Shown here piece after piece: positions 55,093-58,728 of a DNA stretch of 58,728 nucleotides. The stretch lies in assembly GCA_037445735.1 (NCBI GenBank), contig JBBIJY010000019.1, positions 1 to 58,728 on the forward strand. The letters run 5' to 3'. Every line of letters begins with the position of its first letter. The first letter of the stretch is position 1. The notes under the pieces were generated by a model. It was not told where the DNA came from, did no database searches, and saw only the letters and a program-made list of their open reading frames with translations. Source of the DNA: Armatimonadota bacterium. GTDB taxonomy: Bacteria; Armatimonadota; Fimbriimonadia; Fimbriimonadales; GBS-DC. Both the position numbers and the translations under genes were made by a program.

Positions 55093-57108
55093 TCACCACT
55101 CCAGCGGGGTCACGATTTTGATGGCGAATCGGTTCTGCGTGCGTTCGGCGTTCGGCAAGCCGTAGATGAAGTAGATGTCCAGCCCGCGCCGAACCCGTTG
55201 CAGATAGGTCAGATAGAAGTTGCGCGTGCTGCTCACCTCACCGCCCGACTCGATGCGGTTGACCACCAGCCGCCCGCTCAGCACGCGCTCCGGCGTGATC
55301 TCATAGCTCAGTGTGATGATGGCTTGCCGCGAGCGGTCATCATCGGGCGTGTCGGGATAGTCAATCTGCTGGTGTTCGAGCGAGATGTTCAGTCGCAGGC
55401 GCGGCGCCAGCTCCAGCCCCTGCCAGAGCGAGGCGTAGAAGCTGCGCCCGCCGTTCTGCGTGCCGAACAGAGTGAACACCCCGCCGTTGCGATAGAGATC
55501 GAGCGCGTTCCAGCGCAGCACCAGGTCCACCGTGCGGTCGATGTGAGGCGGGCGGCGAAGGTAGCCCAGCGCAATCCCTGCTTCAAGGTAGTTGCGGAGG
55601 AGCACGCCTGCGCCGATATAGTAGCCCTCGTCCAGCGTGCCTCCCCCGTAAAGCCGACGGTTGAGTATCGTCGCGCTCATATCCCAGCGCAGGAAGGCAC
55701 CTCCTTCGGGCTGGTCAAAGTAAAACGCTCTCATTTCCAGACCGCGCCAGCCGCGTTCGGGCACAAACGCCAGGCGGGGACGATAGTCAGGCGCGATGTC
55801 CGTCCACTGGATGTACCAGCTGAGCTGACGGTTGGGCGCGTTGCGCTCGAAGCGGGCGAGGCTGTAGGCGCCCTCGCGCTCGCCCTGCAGACGGGTGTGC
55901 AGTCCCACCAGTCGCCACTCGCCGTTGCTGGTGGTGCGCCGCCAGTCCAGCTCGCCGCCCCACACCCGTTCATCCACACCGCCACGCCGATTGTCCAGCC
56001 CGATTAGCCCAACAAACGATCGCGGCGCGAACTGATAGCGCATTCGCCCCGTCAGCAGTTGCCGCCGATTCGCCTGCGCTTCATACTCGGCGCCCAGAAT
56101 ACCATAAGACCAGTTGCCGACGGTGCCGAACGATTTCAGTCCGCCGTTCAGCTCCCCCACGCGCACGCTGTAGAAAACCGAGCGGGGCGGCAGGAAGGCG
56201 CTGCCCTCCTGAAAGAAGGGGCGCGTTTCGGTCAGCACCTTCTCGGCATAAGAGAAGCTCACATTCGCCACATCGCCCGCGATGTTCTCAAAATCGGGCT
56301 GGAGCGTGAGCAGGGTGGTCTGTCCACCCTCCGACACATACTTGATGTCCAGCCCGCCGCGCGTGGCGCGTTCGGAGCCGTTCGCGTCGCCCAGCCAGTA
56401 GGGCATCACGATAATCGGTCGCCGCAGGGCAGGCGGCTGAACGCCCTCCCACACCGTGTGGCGCTTCTCGTCGAAATAGGCGCCCATGTTCGGGAACACA
56501 TACAGCTCCTGGCGGCGCGGGATGGAGCGCACCAGCGCAATCCCGAATCGCCGCTGACCCGACGGGTAGCGCAGGATACGGAACGGGATGCGAATCTCCG
56601 CGCTCCAGCCCTTCTCGTGAATCCGCGCTTTCGCCTCCCAGTCGCCACGCCAGCGGATGTTCTCCGTGCTGCCGCCCGGAATGCTCTCCGATAAGGTGCT
56701 AATCGGATTCACCGAAAACCAGTATGGTTCCAGGCGTCGGCACTGTGGCTCTATCAGCACAGAAACCACATCATCTTTCTCCAGTGCGCCGCCGCGTTTG
56801 GTCTCCTGCGCCCGTATCTGGCTGGGTTCAGGGTCTTCACACTCGAAGGCGACATAGATGGCGTCGGGGGTATAGCCCAGATAGGCAATTGTGGGGAACT
56901 CGCCCCGCTGCTGGCGCGCCGGGAACCAGAAATCGCGAATCACGAGCGCCTCCGCCCACTCGTCCGGTTGAATCACGCCGTCGATCACAGGCGGCTTGCT
57001 GAGCCGTTGAGCGGGGATTGAGGGTGGATCCACATCCTGTGGGCGAGACGCCCAGCCTGCTGTAGCGAGCAGCCCCATGAGCAACAGAGCAGCCGTCCCC
57101 CTTGCCAT
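55093..57108 (-). CDS. CBM9-like domain + outer-membrane beta-barrel (DUF5916-like) protein
   Basis: Signal peptide; 'PPVIDGVI...EW', 'GWSAEIRIPF', 'QPDF', 'ETRPFFQEG'; C-terminal Trp; GGAGG RBS. Confidence 0.75.
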   Translation of the reverse strand: MARGTAALLLMGLLATAGWASRPQDVDPPSIPAQRLSKPPVIDGVIQPDEWAEALVIRDFWFPARQQRGEFPTIAYLGYTPDAIYVAFECEDPEPSQIRAQETKRGGALEKDDVVSVLIEPQCRRLEPYWFSVNPISTLSESIPGGSTENIRWRGDWEAKARIHEKGWSAEIRIPFRILRYPSGQRRFGIALVRSIPRRQELYVFPNMGAYFDEKRHTVWEGVQPPALRRPIIVMPYWLGDANGSERATRGGLDIKYVSEGGQTTLLTLQPDFENIAGDVANVSFSYAEKVLTETRPFFQEGSAFLPPRSVFYSVRVGELNGGLKSFGTVGNWSYGILGAEYEAQANRRQLLTGRMRYQFAPRSFVGLIGLDNRRGGVDERVWGGELDWRRTTSNGEWRLVGLHTRLQGEREGAYSLARFERNAPNRQLSWYIQWTDIAPDYRPRLAFVPERGWRGLEMRAFYFDQPEGGAFLRWDMSATILNRRLYGGGTLDEGYYIGAGVLLRNYLEAGIALGYLRRPPHIDRTVDLVLRWNALDLYRNGGVFTLFGTQNGGRSFYASLWQGLELAPRLRLNISLEHQQIDYPDTPDDDRSRQAIITLSYEITPERVLSGRLVVNRIESGGEVSSTRNFYLTYLQRVRRGLDIYFIYGLPNAERTQNRFAIKIVTPLEW

Positions 57109-57164
57109 CGGTCGCAACCTCCCGTACAGAAGAGTATACCTGAGTGGGTATTATCCCCTGTGCC

Positions 57165-58478
57165 ATGATTGAACGCTACACCACGCCTGAGATGCGGGCG
57201 ATCTGGAGTGAGGAGAACAAATATCGCACCTGGCTGGAGGTGGAGGTGGCAGTTTGCGAGGGGCTGGCGCATTACGGCTACATCCCGCAGGAGGCGTCCC
57301 GCGCCATCCGCGAGCGCGCCCGATTTGACCTCCAGCGCATCGCCGAGCTGGAGCAGCTCACCCGCCACGATGTGATGGCGTTCGTGCTGAACCTCGCCGA
57401 AAATGTGGGCGAGGAAGGGCGCTGGATCCACTTCGGCATCACCTCCTACGATGTGGTGGACACCGCGCTTGCCATGCGACTCAAGCAGTCGCTGGAGGTG
57501 ATTATCGAAGCGTGCGACGCTCTCATGCGCGAGATTGCCCGGCTGGCAAAGGAGCATCTGCACACGCCGATGATCGGGCGCACGCACGGCGTCCACGCCG
57601 AACCCATCACCTTCGGCTTCAAACTGATGGGCTGGTACGCCGAGATGGCGCGCCATCGCGAGCGGCTCCAGCGGGCGAAGGAGGAAATCAGCGTCGGCAA
57701 GATCGCGGGCGCGGTCGGCATCCACGCCCAGATCGACCCGCGCGTGGAGGAGTATGTGTGCGCAAAACTCGGCTTGAAACCCGACCCTGCTGCCACGCAG
57801 ATTGTAGCTCGCGACCGCCACGCGACGCTGATGGCGAATCTGGCTGTGCTGGCTGCCTCGCTGGAGAAGTTCGCCACCGAGATTCGCAACCTTCAGCGCA
57901 CCGAGATTCGCGAGGTGCAGGAGCCGTTCGCGCAGGGTCAAACGGGGTCGTCCGCCATGCCCCACAAGCGCAACCCGTGGAACTGCGAGACCATCAGCGG
58001 GCTATCCCGCATCGTGCGGGGCAATCTGCTCGCCGTGCTGGAGGGCGTCTGCACCTGGCACGAGCGCGACCTGACCAACTCCAGCGTGGAGCGCATCGCC
58101 CTGCCCGACACCTGCACGCTCGTCCACTGGATGCTCACCAGGTTCACCAGCATCCTGCAGGGGCTGGTGGTGTTTCCTGACCAGATGCGTCGCAATCTGG
58201 AGCTGCTGCGCGGCTTGCCCTACAGCGAGCATGTGATGCTGGCGCTGATTCGCAAAGGGCTTGGGCGCGAGCATGCCTATCGGCTGGTTCAGCGCAACGC
58301 CGCGCGCGTGTGGGACGAAGACATCGCCTTTCTGGATGCCCTGCTAAGCGATGCGGACATCCGTGCTGTGCTGACCGAAGCGGAGATTCGCGAATGCCTG
58401 AACCTGGAGCATCACCTGCGCCACCTGTTAGCCACCGCCCAGCGCGTCGGGCTGTCAACGCAAGAGGAAGAGAGTTAA
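57165..58478 (+). CDS. purB: Adenylosuccinate lyase
   Basis: 'MIERY', 'TRHDV', 'GRTHGVHAEP', 'GSSAMPHKRNP', 'WHERD'. Confidence 0.96.
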   Translation: MIERYTTPEMRAIWSEENKYRTWLEVEVAVCEGLAHYGYIPQEASRAIRERARFDLQRIAELEQLTRHDVMAFVLNLAENVGEEGRWIHFGITSYDVVDTALAMRLKQSLEVIIEACDALMREIARLAKEHLHTPMIGRTHGVHAEPITFGFKLMGWYAEMARHRERLQRAKEEISVGKIAGAVGIHAQIDPRVEEYVCAKLGLKPDPAATQIVARDRHATLMANLAVLAASLEKFATEIRNLQRTEIREVQEPFAQGQTGSSAMPHKRNPWNCETISGLSRIVRGNLLAVLEGVCTWHERDLTNSSVERIALPDTCTLVHWMLTRFTSILQGLVVFPDQMRRNLELLRGLPYSEHVMLALIRKGLGREHAYRLVQRNAARVWDEDIAFLDALLSDADIRAVLTEAEIRECLNLEHHLRHLLATAQRVGLSTQEEES

Positions 58479-58488
58479 GCAAATCCGA

Positions 58489-58728
58489 CTAACTTGGGCG
58501 CCTGCGCCCGCCCCACCGCCACCAACTACACAAACCCAACCCACCCACCAGCACCCACACCGACGACACCTCCGGCACCGTGTCCAGTATGAACAACTCG
58601 CCTGACGAATTCCACCCACCCCAAAAGATAACGCCCATCGTACGACATCCCATGAATGTCAGACCATCTTCCACCCTCCAGCAACCAGCCATAAACCTCA
58701 TTCAAGTCTTCCCATCTCTCCCCTACCC
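58489..58728 (-). CDS. 3' end of a PEP-CTERM-like extracellular protein (partial, frameshifted near 58612-58626)
   Basis: Frame A 'WEDLNEVYGWLLEGG...GMSYDGRYLLG' joins frame B 'GWNSSGELFILDTVPEVSS-TM-RRR'. Together they parallel the C-terminus of the 48154 protein. Confidence 0.65.

Overview
This is a GC-rich bacterial chromosomal window of mostly core genes: sigH-kdsD, an LptF/G-type permease, a TonB receptor, a Wza-like exporter, ruvC, tRNA-Gly(CCC), a subtilase, a c-type cytochrome, rpoBC, an SLH/beta-barrel envelope protein, parB-like-cmk, yebC, mutS, an FGGY kinase, a ferredoxin, lysA and purB. A Firmicutes-like SigH alongside outer-membrane genes, PEP-CTERM proteins and a WD40 protein with a Ca-binding C-terminal duplication suggests a diderm Terrabacterium, probably Armatimonadota (inference). 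I found no CRISPR array, prophage or transposase. The most notable unannotated signals are: (1) a consensus sigma54 promoter in front of a probable ~100-nt small RNA with exposed anti-Shine-Dalgarno tracts (42111-42241), plus similar RNA modules and a possible partner RNA; (2) recurrent SigH-type promoters (GCAGGA-N17/18-GAAY) outlining a regulon; (3) a LAGLIDADG intein in the MutS P-loop; (4) an unusual RNA polymerase with a Zn-ribbon insert in beta, a trigger-loop insert in beta' and rifamycin-pocket substitutions; (5) 28-bp inverted repeats that supply the -35 boxes for both rpoBC and the SLH gene; (6) palindromic repeats inserted in frame into proteins; (7) many apparently leaderless genes; and (8) four small reading-frame lesions.
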